This document shows positions 1 through 8,069 of a stretch of DNA of 59,650 bases, piece by piece. The notes below the pieces were generated by a model. It saw nothing but the letters and a program-made list of their open reading frames with translations. It did no database searches and had not been told where the DNA came from. Source of the stretch: Chloroflexota bacterium (lineage in GTDB: Bacteria > Chloroflexota > Dehalococcoidia > SM23-28-2 > RBG-16-64-32). A program made the translations under genes and the position numbers. Where the stretch lies: contig JADFQV010000004.1 in assembly GCA_022561635.1 (NCBI GenBank), positions 1-59,650 on the forward strand. Reading direction: 5' to 3'. Within the stretch, counting starts at the first letter, position 1; the number at the start of each line of letters is the position of its first letter.

Positions 1-1
1 G

Positions 2-244
2 TATGCGCTCAGCTTTTTCGTCTTCCTGCCGGAGGTCGGCTTCACCTTCGGCATGCTGTCGATCGCCGCGATGTTCTACTACACGGTGAGTGGCGTGCGG
101 GCCGCCGCCCCGGAGGCGAGCGCCGGTGCCGCCGTGCTGTCCGTCGGCGCAGGGTTCGTGCTCTGGATCACCGTGATGGCGCTGATATCAGACCCGGGCG
201 ACAACTTCTTCAACGGCCCCTTCGTCTACAGCATCGGCGACTAG
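2..244 (+). CDS. Membrane protein, C-terminal part (truncated by window edge)
   Basis: Frame is open from base 2 (YALSFFVFLPEVGFTFGMLSIAAMFYY...) with hydrophobic segments; stop at 242-244. Confidence 0.6.
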   Translation, partial: YALSFFVFLPEVGFTFGMLSIAAMFYYTVSGVRAAAPEASAGAAVLSVGAGFVLWITVMALISDPGDNFFNGPFVYSIGD

Positions 245-651
245 GCGGACGCGTCGTCGCCTGTCGGCACTTCGCTGATCTCGCCGTCCGTGATGCGGAA
301 CGCGCGCACCACCGGGTTTTCCTGGTCCTCCAGCGACACCAGCACGTAGTACGGGTCCGGCCAGTTGGTCGCCAGGCGCACGTCCGTCGGCGAAGGATAG
401 GCCTCGCTGCGCGTGTGTGAGTGGTAGACGGCCAGGAAGTCCCAGCCGTTGTCGTCGATGTCGTGCAGGAAACGCAACAGCTCGCGGTCGTCCACCCGGT
501 AGCGGAACTCGCTGTCCTCGGAGTTCGTCGCGCGAACGACCTTCACGGGCTTCCCGTCCACGCCGGCCAGCATCCCGCAGCACTCCTTGGGGAACTGCTC
601 GCGCGCGTGGGCGATCATCTGCTCCCGGACGTCGTCGGTGAGCGGCAGCAT
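241..651 (-). CDS. mec: JAMM/MPN+ metalloprotease, Mec-like (sulfur carrier-cysteine peptidase)
   Basis: ECCG Glu plus YHSHTRSEAYPSPTD (HxH-x7-S-xx-D JAMM motif); last gene of the cysM operon. Confidence 0.9.
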   Translation of the reverse strand: MLPLTDDVREQMIAHAREQFPKECCGMLAGVDGKPVKVVRATNSEDSEFRYRVDDRELLRFLHDIDDNGWDFLAVYHSHTRSEAYPSPTDVRLATNWPDPYYVLVSLEDQENPVVRAFRITDGEISEVPTGDDASA

Positions 652-1025
652 CAGTCGGCGACCGGGCCGACGTGGGTGGCGTCAATATACACACCTGACT
701 CCTGGTCGATGCCGAACACACCTCTGACCCGCACCTCGCGGCCGACGAGACCATCGAGTGAGTCCCGGCCCGCGTACTCTCGGATGATGACCGCGAAGTT
801 TCCGTTGCCGATCAGCTCGTAGCGGTCATGCTCTTCACTAAAGCCGAGCACGCCTACCGTCGTCACGGAATCGCCGTCGAAGTGGTTGGGGGCGCTGGTC
901 AGATCGTGCACCGAGACTTGCTGCACTGAGGCGACCGATTCGCCGCCGTGCTTGAGGAGAAAGGTCGCGGAGAGCACCAACGCGGCAAGCGCCGTGATCG
1001 CAGCGTACATCAGCGTGCGGCCCAT
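651..1025 (-). CDS. Membrane-anchored hypothetical protein, possible OB-fold
   Basis: MGRTLMYAAITALAALVLSATFLL N-terminal TM followed by a beta-rich domain (GDSVTTVGVL...GREVRVRGVF); ATG at 1025; stop overlaps mec start. Confidence 0.7.
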   Translation of the reverse strand: MGRTLMYAAITALAALVLSATFLLKHGGESVASVQQVSVHDLTSAPNHFDGDSVTTVGVLGFSEEHDRYELIGNGNFAVIIREYAGRDSLDGLVGREVRVRGVFGIDQESGVYIDATHVGPVAD

Positions 1026-1038
1026 CAGCGGCGCCCAC

Positions 1039-1977
1039 CTACCACCAGATCGTGCCCTGCGTCTCTTCGGGCGTCTCGTCGTAGTCCCGGCTCCAGAGCT
1101 CGGTCGAGAGGTACTTCCAGCCGCCGTCGGCCAGAAGCGCCACGACGTTGCCGCTTTCCAGCCGCTCAGCCGCACGCACGGCCACCTTGAGCACAGCGCC
1201 GGAGGAGATGCCGGCGAAGATCGCTTCTTTCTGCATCAGCTCTTTCGTCATGTGAAACGAGGACACTGAATCGACTACGATGCGGCCGTCCAGGACGGAC
1301 TCATCCAGCACCGGCGGGATGAACCCTTCCTCAAGCGCACGCAGCCCCTGCACCAGGTCGCCCGGGTGCGGCACGGCGGCGACGACTTTGACGTCGCTGA
1401 GGTTCTCCTTGAGGTAGCGCCCGACGCCGGTCAGGGTGCCACCCGTGCCGAGGCCGGCGACGAAAACGCTGACATCGGGCAAGTCGCGGAGGATTTCGGG
1501 GCCCGTCGTCTCATAGTGGGCGCGCGGGTTGTTCTCGTTACCATACTGGTACGGCATGAAGTAGCGGCCCGGCTCATCCTGAACCATCTGCTGCGCCTTG
1601 AATACGGCGTCGTTGGTGCTGGTCGCGTTCTCCGCATAGACGACATCAGCGCCGAAGGCACGGAGCAGCGCCTCGCGCTCGGGCGTCACGTTGTCCGGCA
1701 GGACGCAGAGGAGCGGATAGCCCTTGAGGCGGCAGACCATCGCCAGGCTGATGCCGGTGTTGCCGCTGGTCGGCTCGAGCACCGTCTGGCCCGGCTGCAG
1801 CTCACCGGCCTCTTCAGCGGCACGGATCATGAAGAGGGCGATGCGGTCCTTGACGCTGCCAGTCGGGTTATATCCTTCCAGCTTCACGTAGACGCCAACG
1901 CCCGGCTTTGGGCTGAAGTGGTTCAGCCGCACCAAAGGCGTGTTGCCGATGGCGTCAAGGATCGAGTCGTAAGCCAT
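1039..1977 (-). CDS. cysM: CysM-type (O-phosphoserine / carrier-thiocarboxylate) cysteine synthase
   Basis: PLP motif NPTGSVKDR, GLGTGGT, GLRALEEGF with Arg, ADGGWKYLST and aromatic C-terminus as in mycobacterial CysM; neighbours are a Ubl and a JAMM protease. Confidence 0.88.
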   Translation of the reverse strand: MAYDSILDAIGNTPLVRLNHFSPKPGVGVYVKLEGYNPTGSVKDRIALFMIRAAEEAGELQPGQTVLEPTSGNTGISLAMVCRLKGYPLLCVLPDNVTPEREALLRAFGADVVYAENATSTNDAVFKAQQMVQDEPGRYFMPYQYGNENNPRAHYETTGPEILRDLPDVSVFVAGLGTGGTLTGVGRYLKENLSDVKVVAAVPHPGDLVQGLRALEEGFIPPVLDESVLDGRIVVDSVSSFHMTKELMQKEAIFAGISSGAVLKVAVRAAERLESGNVVALLADGGWKYLSTELWSRDYDETPEETQGTIWW

Positions 1978-1994
1978 TTCGGTTCCCGCGCCGC

Positions 1995-2270
1995 CTACGA
2001 TCCGCCGGCGAGGGCAGGGAGGATCGAGACGACGTCGCCGTCCTTGAGCGCCGTGTCGAGCTGGTCCAGGAAGCGGATGTCTTCGTCGTTGAGGTAGACG
2101 TTCACGAAGCGGTGGATCTCGCCGTCCGTCATCACCATGTCGTGAAAGCCCGGAAAGCGCCCGTCGATGTCGGCCAGCAGGTCACGCACGTTATCGCCGT
2201 TGGCCTGGATGGAGCGCTCGCCGCCCAGGTGCTTCTGCATGTTCGCCGTCACGCGCACGTCGATCGCCAC
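1995..2270 (-). CDS. MoaD/ThiS-family sulfur carrier (CysO-like) ending GG-S
   Basis: GTG start overlaps upstream TAG (TAGTG); RFVNVYLNDEDIRFL...DVVSILPALAGGS. Confidence 0.9.
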   Translation of the reverse strand: MAIDVRVTANMQKHLGGERSIQANGDNVRDLLADIDGRFPGFHDMVMTDGEIHRFVNVYLNDEDIRFLDQLDTALKDGDVVSILPALAGGS

Positions 2271-3379
2271 TAGCTCTGCGCCCCGATCACGTGCTCGCCC
2301 GGGAATGGCGCGCCGCAGAAGCCCTCGTAGTCGATAAGCTCGGTCACAGTGGGGTTGTCGCCGCAAAGCGGGCACTGGGGGTCGCGACGCAGCTTAACGA
2401 CACGGAACTCCATGCCCAGCGCGTCGACGATCAGCAGTCGGCTGACGAGCGACTCGCCGATGCCGAGGATCTGCTTGATCGTCTCGATCGCCTGGATCGA
2501 CCCCATCACGCCCGTGAGCGCGCCGAGCACACCAGCCTCGGCGCAGCTCGGCACCATGCCGGGCGGCGGCGGCGCCGGGAAGAGGCAGCGGTAGCAGCCC
2601 TGGCCCGGCACGAAGACGGTGGCTTGACCGTCGAAGAGGAGGATGCTGCCGTCGACCAGCGTCTTGCCGGCGAAGTAGGCGGCATCGTTGACCAGGTAGC
2701 GCGTCGTGAAGTTGTCTGCGCCGTTCACGACGATGTCGTACTGGGGGATGATCTCCATCGCGTTGTCCGAAGTGATTGGCGTCTCGTGGAGGACGACGTT
2801 GACGTCCGGGTTGTAGGCGTTGAGGGTCTCCTTCGCCGACTCGGTCTTGCGCTTGCCCACATCGGCGGTCTGGTGCAGCACCTGCCGCTGCAGGTTCGAA
2901 AGGTCGACAGTGTCGAACTCGACGATGCCGATCGTACCGACGCCGGCAAGGGCGAGGTAGAGAGCCGCCGGTCCGCCGAGGCCGCCAGCGCCGATAATCA
3001 GTACCTTGGCCTCCAGTAACTTACGCTGGCCGGATGAGCCAACCTGCGGCATGATGATGTGCCGCGAGTAGCGCTCCACCTGATCCGGCGTCAGCGCGCC
3101 CACAGCTCCGCCGGCGATGGCCGGTATCACGGCCATCTCGTCGCCGTCTTTCACTGGTGTCTCCTTACCCTGGAGCGAATGTATCTCCGTGTTGTTGACG
3201 TAGATGTTGATGTGGCCGGGGATCTGGTCGTTTTCGTCGTAGATCATGTGCCGTAGCGACGGGAACTGCGCCCCCAGCTTGTCCAGCACCTCGCCCACCG
3301 TATCGCCGGCGGTCTTCACATGCGTCTGATTGCCGGCCAGCTTTCTGAACGGCGTTGGTATGTACACCGTGACCGGCAT
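2270..3379 (-). CDS. Ubl (MoaD-like)::MoeB/ThiF E1-like adenylyltransferase fusion, no rhodanese domain
   Basis: GGAGG RBS before ATG 3379; about 90-aa Ubl ending IPAIAGG-A, then RYSRHI, GAGGLG, SNLQRQ, CYRC, PSCAEAG, CPLC. Confidence 0.9.
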   Translation of the reverse strand: MPVTVYIPTPFRKLAGNQTHVKTAGDTVGEVLDKLGAQFPSLRHMIYDENDQIPGHINIYVNNTEIHSLQGKETPVKDGDEMAVIPAIAGGAVGALTPDQVERYSRHIIMPQVGSSGQRKLLEAKVLIIGAGGLGGPAALYLALAGVGTIGIVEFDTVDLSNLQRQVLHQTADVGKRKTESAKETLNAYNPDVNVVLHETPITSDNAMEIIPQYDIVVNGADNFTTRYLVNDAAYFAGKTLVDGSILLFDGQATVFVPGQGCYRCLFPAPPPPGMVPSCAEAGVLGALTGVMGSIQAIETIKQILGIGESLVSRLLIVDALGMEFRVVKLRRDPQCPLCGDNPTVTELIDYEGFCGAPFPGEHVIGAQS

Positions 3380-3419
3380 CTCATTCCTCCCTGTTACTTT
3401 TGACTTCCGCACCACCATC

Positions 3420-4334
3420 TCAGGCCTCCATCTGTAAGTATCGCTCACCGGTATCGCACAGCACAGTAACGACGCGCTTGCCCTCGCCCAGCCGCTTCGC
3501 CACCTGGATCGCCGCAACGACGTTGGCTCCGGACGAGATGCCGACGAGAAGCCCCTCTTCGGCGCAGAGACGGCGTGACATGTCGATCGCGTCCTGGTCG
3601 CTGATGGCGATGATATCGTTGTAGATTTCGCGGTTCAGGATGCCGGGCACGAAGCTGGCGCCGATGCCCTGGATCGCGTGGACGCCGGCGCGGCCGCCCT
3701 GCAGCACCGGCGAGCGCTCCGGCTCGACAGCGACGATGTTCAGCTCCGGCAGCTTCTGGCGCAGCACCTCGCCGACGCCCGTGATCGTGCCGCCGGTGCC
3801 AACGCCGGCGACGAAGGCGTCGATGCGGCCTTCCGTCGCCTCCAGGATCTCCACCGCGGTCGTCTGGCGGTGGATCTCTGGGTTGGCCGGATTCTCGAAC
3901 TGCTGGAGCATGATGTGTTCAGGCTGGCCGACCAGCTCTTGTGCGGCGTAGACGGCGCCGGTCATCCCCTCGATCGCCGGCGTCAGGACGACCTTCGCGC
4001 CGTAGCGGGCGAGGAGGTCGCGCCGGGCGAGGCTCATGTCCTCGGGCATCGTCACGATCAGCTTGTACCCCTTCACGGCGGCGACCATCGCCAGGCCGAT
4101 TCCGGTGTTGCCGCTGGTCGGCTCGACGATCGTATTGCCGGCCTTGAGGCGCCCATCGCGCTCGGCAGCTTCGATCATCGCCAGGGCGATGCGGTCCTTG
4201 ACGCTGCCGCCCGGGTTCAGAGACTCCATCTTGCCGACGACTTCGGCCGAGCCCTCGGGGACGACGCGGCCCAGCCGCACCATGGGCGTGCCGCCTATGA
4301 GGTCGAGAACGTTATCGGCGATCTTCTTGGCCAT
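3420..4334 (-). CDS. cysK: Cysteine synthase A (O-acetylserine sulfhydrylase)
   Basis: [45 protein letters not shown]. Confidence 0.93.
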   Translation of the reverse strand: MAKKIADNVLDLIGGTPMVRLGRVVPEGSAEVVGKMESLNPGGSVKDRIALAMIEAAERDGRLKAGNTIVEPTSGNTGIGLAMVAAVKGYKLIVTMPEDMSLARRDLLARYGAKVVLTPAIEGMTGAVYAAQELVGQPEHIMLQQFENPANPEIHRQTTAVEILEATEGRIDAFVAGVGTGGTITGVGEVLRQKLPELNIVAVEPERSPVLQGGRAGVHAIQGIGASFVPGILNREIYNDIIAISDQDAIDMSRRLCAEEGLLVGISSGANVVAAIQVAKRLGEGKRVVTVLCDTGERYLQMEA

Positions 4335-4342
4335 CACAACTC

Positions 4343-4786
4343 CTAGATGATATAGCGGGTGGCGCCCGGCTGCGCCAGCCTGTCCCGCTCGGCGAGATCG
4401 GCGATCGTAGTACTCGATAGCACGCCGACGATGGCGTCGCGCACGGCAGCCCACATCTCGGACTGAGCACAGCCGCCGTTCTTCGCGCAGCCGCTTGTCT
4501 CGTCGAGGCAATCGACGGCCATTATCGGACCTTCCAGCGCCGCGATCACGTCGCTCACCTGTATCTGCGCCGGCGGCCGGGTCAGTGAGTGGCCGCCCTG
4601 GGGTCCGCGCACGCTGCGCACGAAACCGGCGCGGCGCAACGTCCCCAGCAGCTGCTCCAGATAAGACTCCGGAATGGCCTTCGCGGCAGCGATGTCGCCG
4701 CTCTGCGTCGGCTTGCCGTCGCCATAGCGGTGGGCAAGCTCTATCAGGGCGCGCAGTCCGTAGTCTCCCTTGGTTGAAATCTTCAT
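4343..4786 (-). CDS. Rrf2-family transcriptional regulator (CymR/IscR-like)
   Basis: [28 protein letters not shown]; three Cys (C-x6-C-x5-C); ends RYII. Confidence 0.92.
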   Translation of the reverse strand: MKISTKGDYGLRALIELAHRYGDGKPTQSGDIAAAKAIPESYLEQLLGTLRRAGFVRSVRGPQGGHSLTRPPAQIQVSDVIAALEGPIMAVDCLDETSGCAKNGGCAQSEMWAAVRDAIVGVLSSTTIADLAERDRLAQPGATRYII

Positions 4787-4791
4787 AGTCT

Positions 4792-4816
4792 AAAGTCGAG
4801 TATCTCCATCAAGAAT
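4792..4816. promoter_or_regulatory. Putative Rrf2 operator (IscR type-1-like) overlapping the cys operon transcription start
   Basis: AAAGTCGAGTATCTCCATCAAGAAT; CTAAAGTCGAGTAT (4790-4803) recurs exactly at 9924-9937; minus-strand extended -10 TGtTACTAT at 4815-4823. Confidence 0.65.
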
Positions 4817-4822
4817 AGTAAC

Positions 4823-4839
4823 ATACCCCGGTGGGGTAT
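4823..4839. promoter_or_regulatory. Putative CsoR/CstR-family operator
   Basis: Perfect palindrome ATACCCC-GGT-GGGGTAT directly upstream of the -10 element. Confidence 0.65.
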
Positions 4840-4848
4840 AGCGACAGA

Positions 4849-5970
4849 TCATACCAGAAAGAGCACCAACGGCACGATGAAGATCGCCGCCATGAACGTG
4901 CCGAACGCGCGCCGGTCGTGCGTAATGTGGTTGGCGGCGTTGATGATCGCGGAGGAGTAGGGCTTGTAAAAAAACAGCAGCACCACGAGCGAGATCACCG
5001 CGCCCACCACCATCTGCGTGAAGACGATCGTGAAGGCTCGCGGCGAGTCTAGTAGCAGCGCGGCGACCATGGTGTCGACCCAGGTCGTGATGTTGGCGCC
5101 CATGATGTAGGGAATGATCGCGTTGCGGCGGATGTACCCCTTGAGTGAGAGCGGGATGAGAAGGGTCAAAGAGATCGAGACCGAGAGCGTGATCGCCGTG
5201 ATCGCCATGCCCAGGCCCAGCATCGGCAGCGGGCGGTGGAACCACTCCCGGGCGCGCTCCAGGCGGCCCGTCGAGCCACCCGACTCCAGGTTCGGCAGCG
5301 CACGATCAAACACGGCGAACGCCAGCAGCAGGACAGCGATGCCGATAACGAACAGCATCAGGTCCGGCACGGCGTCGGCGACACGATTGACCAGCGGCTC
5401 GTACGCCACCTCGACAAACGAGGTGACGGCGCCGGGCGTACCGACGCTGATATCGTCGAACCAACCGCTCTCCAGCACGAGGATGCCCAGAGGCAGGGCC
5501 GGCAGCCACAGCGTGAACGCCGTCAGCAGGGCCACGACGCCGATGTACAGGCCGTCGGCCGAGCGCTTATGCGTGACCCAGAGAACGAAGCCGACGAAGA
5601 GCACGATGAACGAGGCACCCAGCCGCGATCCGTTGATCATCGCGAACGCCTCGAGGTCAGATATCGTGCCGGAGGCGAAGAGGCTGAGCGAGATCGCCGC
5701 GACGGGCGAGCCGCTCATCACGATGTACGAGCCCAACCAGCCGAATCCCAGCAGGTTCAGCACCCCATCGGCCGAAAAGCGCGAGAGGACGGGCGAGAGA
5801 CCCACCGCGCCGGCCGTCAGTAGCTCCAGCGCGAAGATGAAGAGGAACAAGCCCGCCAGGCTGTAGGCGACGCGCAAGGCGGCGCCGGCGATGGCGCGCC
5901 AGCGGGGGTGTGGCACGGCCACGGGCAGCGACGCCGCGGGCAAGGCGGCCTCGCCCGGGTCAGATTGCAT
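4849..5970 (-). CDS. Na+/Pi-cotransporter-like (NptA/SLC34-related) membrane protein; candidate sulfur-oxyanion transporter
   Basis: Many TM segments and two repeat halves (SGSPVAA...NGSRLGAS; LSVSISL...YIMGANITT resembling GANIGT); overlaps the sat stop. Confidence 0.7.
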   Translation of the reverse strand: MQSDPGEAALPAASLPVAVPHPRWRAIAGAALRVAYSLAGLFLFIFALELLTAGAVGLSPVLSRFSADGVLNLLGFGWLGSYIVMSGSPVAAISLSLFASGTISDLEAFAMINGSRLGASFIVLFVGFVLWVTHKRSADGLYIGVVALLTAFTLWLPALPLGILVLESGWFDDISVGTPGAVTSFVEVAYEPLVNRVADAVPDLMLFVIGIAVLLLAFAVFDRALPNLESGGSTGRLERAREWFHRPLPMLGLGMAITAITLSVSISLTLLIPLSLKGYIRRNAIIPYIMGANITTWVDTMVAALLLDSPRAFTIVFTQMVVGAVISLVVLLFFYKPYSSAIINAANHITHDRRAFGTFMAAIFIVPLVLFLV

Positions 5971-7147
5971 GCTTCGGCGTCGACCTCTCCTGCATCGCCT
6001 CGATCAGCACCCTGGCGACTTCGGGGCGGGAGAATTCGGGCGGCGGCGCGATGCCGCCGGCCAGCATCTCGCGCACCTGCGTGCCGGAAAGGAAGATCCG
6101 GTCCTCGGCCTGGTGCGGGCAGGTCTTGGTGCTGCCCATGCCCTCGCATTTCTTGCAGAAGAACGAGTGCTCGAACATCAGCGGCGTGATGCCCAGCGCC
6201 CCGGGATCGATCTCGCTGAAGATCAGCTGCGCGTCGAACGTGCCGTAGTACTTGCCGACGCCGGCGTGGTCGCGCCCGACGATGAAGTGCGTGCAGCCGA
6301 AGTTCTTGCGCACGAGCGCGTGGAAGACGGCCTCGCGCGGCCCAGCGTAGCGCATCGCGGCCGGGTTCACGGAGAGCACGACGCTGTTCGACGGATAGTA
6401 GTTCTCGATCAGGACCTCGTAGCAGCGCATGCGCACGTCGGCCGGGATGTCGCCCTCCTTCGTGTCGCCCACCAGCGGGTGCAGCAGGAGACCGTCCACG
6501 ATCTCCATGGCGGCCTTCTGGATGTACTCGTGTGCACGGTGGACCGGGTTACGCGTCTGAAAGCCGACGACGGTCTTCCAGTCGCGCTCGGCAAAAGCGG
6601 CGCGGGTCTGCGCCGGTGTCAGACGGTACTGCGGGAAGTCGTCGTAGTGTGGCCTCTCGATAACGCGCAGCGGGCCGCCCAGCAGCGTGTCGCCCTGCGC
6701 GTAGAGGGCGGCGACGCCGGGGTGGGCCTCGTCTTCGGTGCGGTAGACGCTGTTCGCCTCCGCCTTCTTGTCGTAGCCGAACTTCTCGCGGACTTCGAGG
6801 ACGCCGAGAATGTTCCCCGCCTTGTCCGTCAGCGCGACTTCCTCGCCCTCCTTGATCGCCGCCGCCACCTCATCGGAAACGGCGAGCGTGATCGGCATCG
6901 GCCACGGCAGGCCGCCGGCCAGGTGCATCTCGGCGACGACGGCGCGGTAGTCGTCCTGCGTCATGAAGCCATCGAGCGGACTGTAGCCGCCGGTGGTCAG
7001 CAGCTCGAGGTCCGAGAGGCTGCGGGAGTCGAGCTCCACGGTGGGCAGGCCTGCGGCGTGCTCGCGCAGGGATTTGGCTTCTTCGCCGGTAGCCAGCAGG
7101 TTTATCAGCCGCCCTCCGTGGGCGGGGATCGTCTCTCCCGTCGTCAT
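5960..7147 (-). CDS. sat: Sulfate adenylyltransferase
   Basis: [30 protein letters not shown]...CPH zinc site. Confidence 0.97.
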   Translation of the reverse strand: MTTGETIPAHGGRLINLLATGEEAKSLREHAAGLPTVELDSRSLSDLELLTTGGYSPLDGFMTQDDYRAVVAEMHLAGGLPWPMPITLAVSDEVAAAIKEGEEVALTDKAGNILGVLEVREKFGYDKKAEANSVYRTEDEAHPGVAALYAQGDTLLGGPLRVIERPHYDDFPQYRLTPAQTRAAFAERDWKTVVGFQTRNPVHRAHEYIQKAAMEIVDGLLLHPLVGDTKEGDIPADVRMRCYEVLIENYYPSNSVVLSVNPAAMRYAGPREAVFHALVRKNFGCTHFIVGRDHAGVGKYYGTFDAQLIFSEIDPGALGITPLMFEHSFFCKKCEGMGSTKTCPHQAEDRIFLSGTQVREMLAGGIAPPPEFSRPEVARVLIEAMQERSTPKHAI

Positions 7148-7234
7148 CGCTTCTCCATTCCGGTATGCGTTTGAAAGGACAGGGCCACGGTTGTGCGCCG
7201 TGGCCCTGTGGTGTCCGTTTCCGGGTCGGGCAGC

Positions 7235-7957
7235 CTAGTCGTGCAGGCCGCACTCCTTGAATTCGGGGTTCTCCCACCACCAGCGGCCGGCGCGGATGTC
7301 CTCGCCGTCCTTGATGGCGCGCGAGCACGGGGCACAACCGATGCTGGGGTAGTGCTGATCGTGAAGCTTGTTGTATGGAACCTCGTTCGCCTTGATGTAT
7401 GTCCAGACGTCATCAAGCGACCAGTCGATGATCGGATTCACCTTGACGATGCCGTTGCCTGCGTCCCACTCGACGGCGGGCGTGTCCGTGCGGGTCACAG
7501 CCTGGTCGCGGCGGAGGCCTGTCATCCACGCCTCGGCGTCGGCCAGGGCGCGCTTTAGCGGCTGCACCTTGCGGATGCCGCAGCACTCCTTGCGCAGCTC
7601 GACGCTATCGCGGAAAGAAAAGAAGCCCTTCTCGCGTGTCAGCGCCTCGACTTTGTCGCTGTCGGGGAACATGACCTCGATCGGGATGTCCTTGTGGCGA
7701 AGGCGTGTGTCCTCCATCACCTGGTACGTCTCGTCGTTGAGGCGGCCGGTGTCCAGCGTGAAGACGCGGATCTGCGGCTCCGCCTTGGCGATGATGTCCA
7801 TCAGGGCCACGTCTTCGGCGCCGAAGCTGTTGGCGAACTTGATGCCGCCGCCGAACGCCTCGCCTGCCCAGCGGACGATCTCCTCCGCAGACTTGCCAGC
7901 AAGCTGGCGGTTGAGGTCTTCGATGTCGGCCTCACTGTACTTGGTTGCTTCTTTCAC
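7235..7957 (-). CDS. cysH: APS reductase (CysH family, Fe-S type)
   Basis: LDTG, ECCGIRKV, SIGCAPC, RAGRW, ECGLH; the CC plus CxxC pattern marks [4Fe-4S] APS reductases. Confidence 0.93.
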   Translation of the reverse strand: MKEATKYSEADIEDLNRQLAGKSAEEIVRWAGEAFGGGIKFANSFGAEDVALMDIIAKAEPQIRVFTLDTGRLNDETYQVMEDTRLRHKDIPIEVMFPDSDKVEALTREKGFFSFRDSVELRKECCGIRKVQPLKRALADAEAWMTGLRRDQAVTRTDTPAVEWDAGNGIVKVNPIIDWSLDDVWTYIKANEVPYNKLHDQHYPSIGCAPCSRAIKDGEDIRAGRWWWENPEFKECGLHD

Positions 7958-8069
7958 TCTGGGTGCCCTCCCTGGCTAGGTCTGCTTGGTTGGTGGTCGC
8001 TCGATCAGGGACGCGTCTAGCGCTGCCCCTTCCGTATCGTGTCTGTCTCTAGCTAACTCATGTACCCGC

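Noticed and set aside
241-3379. Ubl + E1 + JAMM as an anti-phage or protein-conjugation system
   Set aside because: No E2-like gene is visible, and the genes are interleaved with cysM/cysK and sulfate reduction genes, so sulfur transfer explains them
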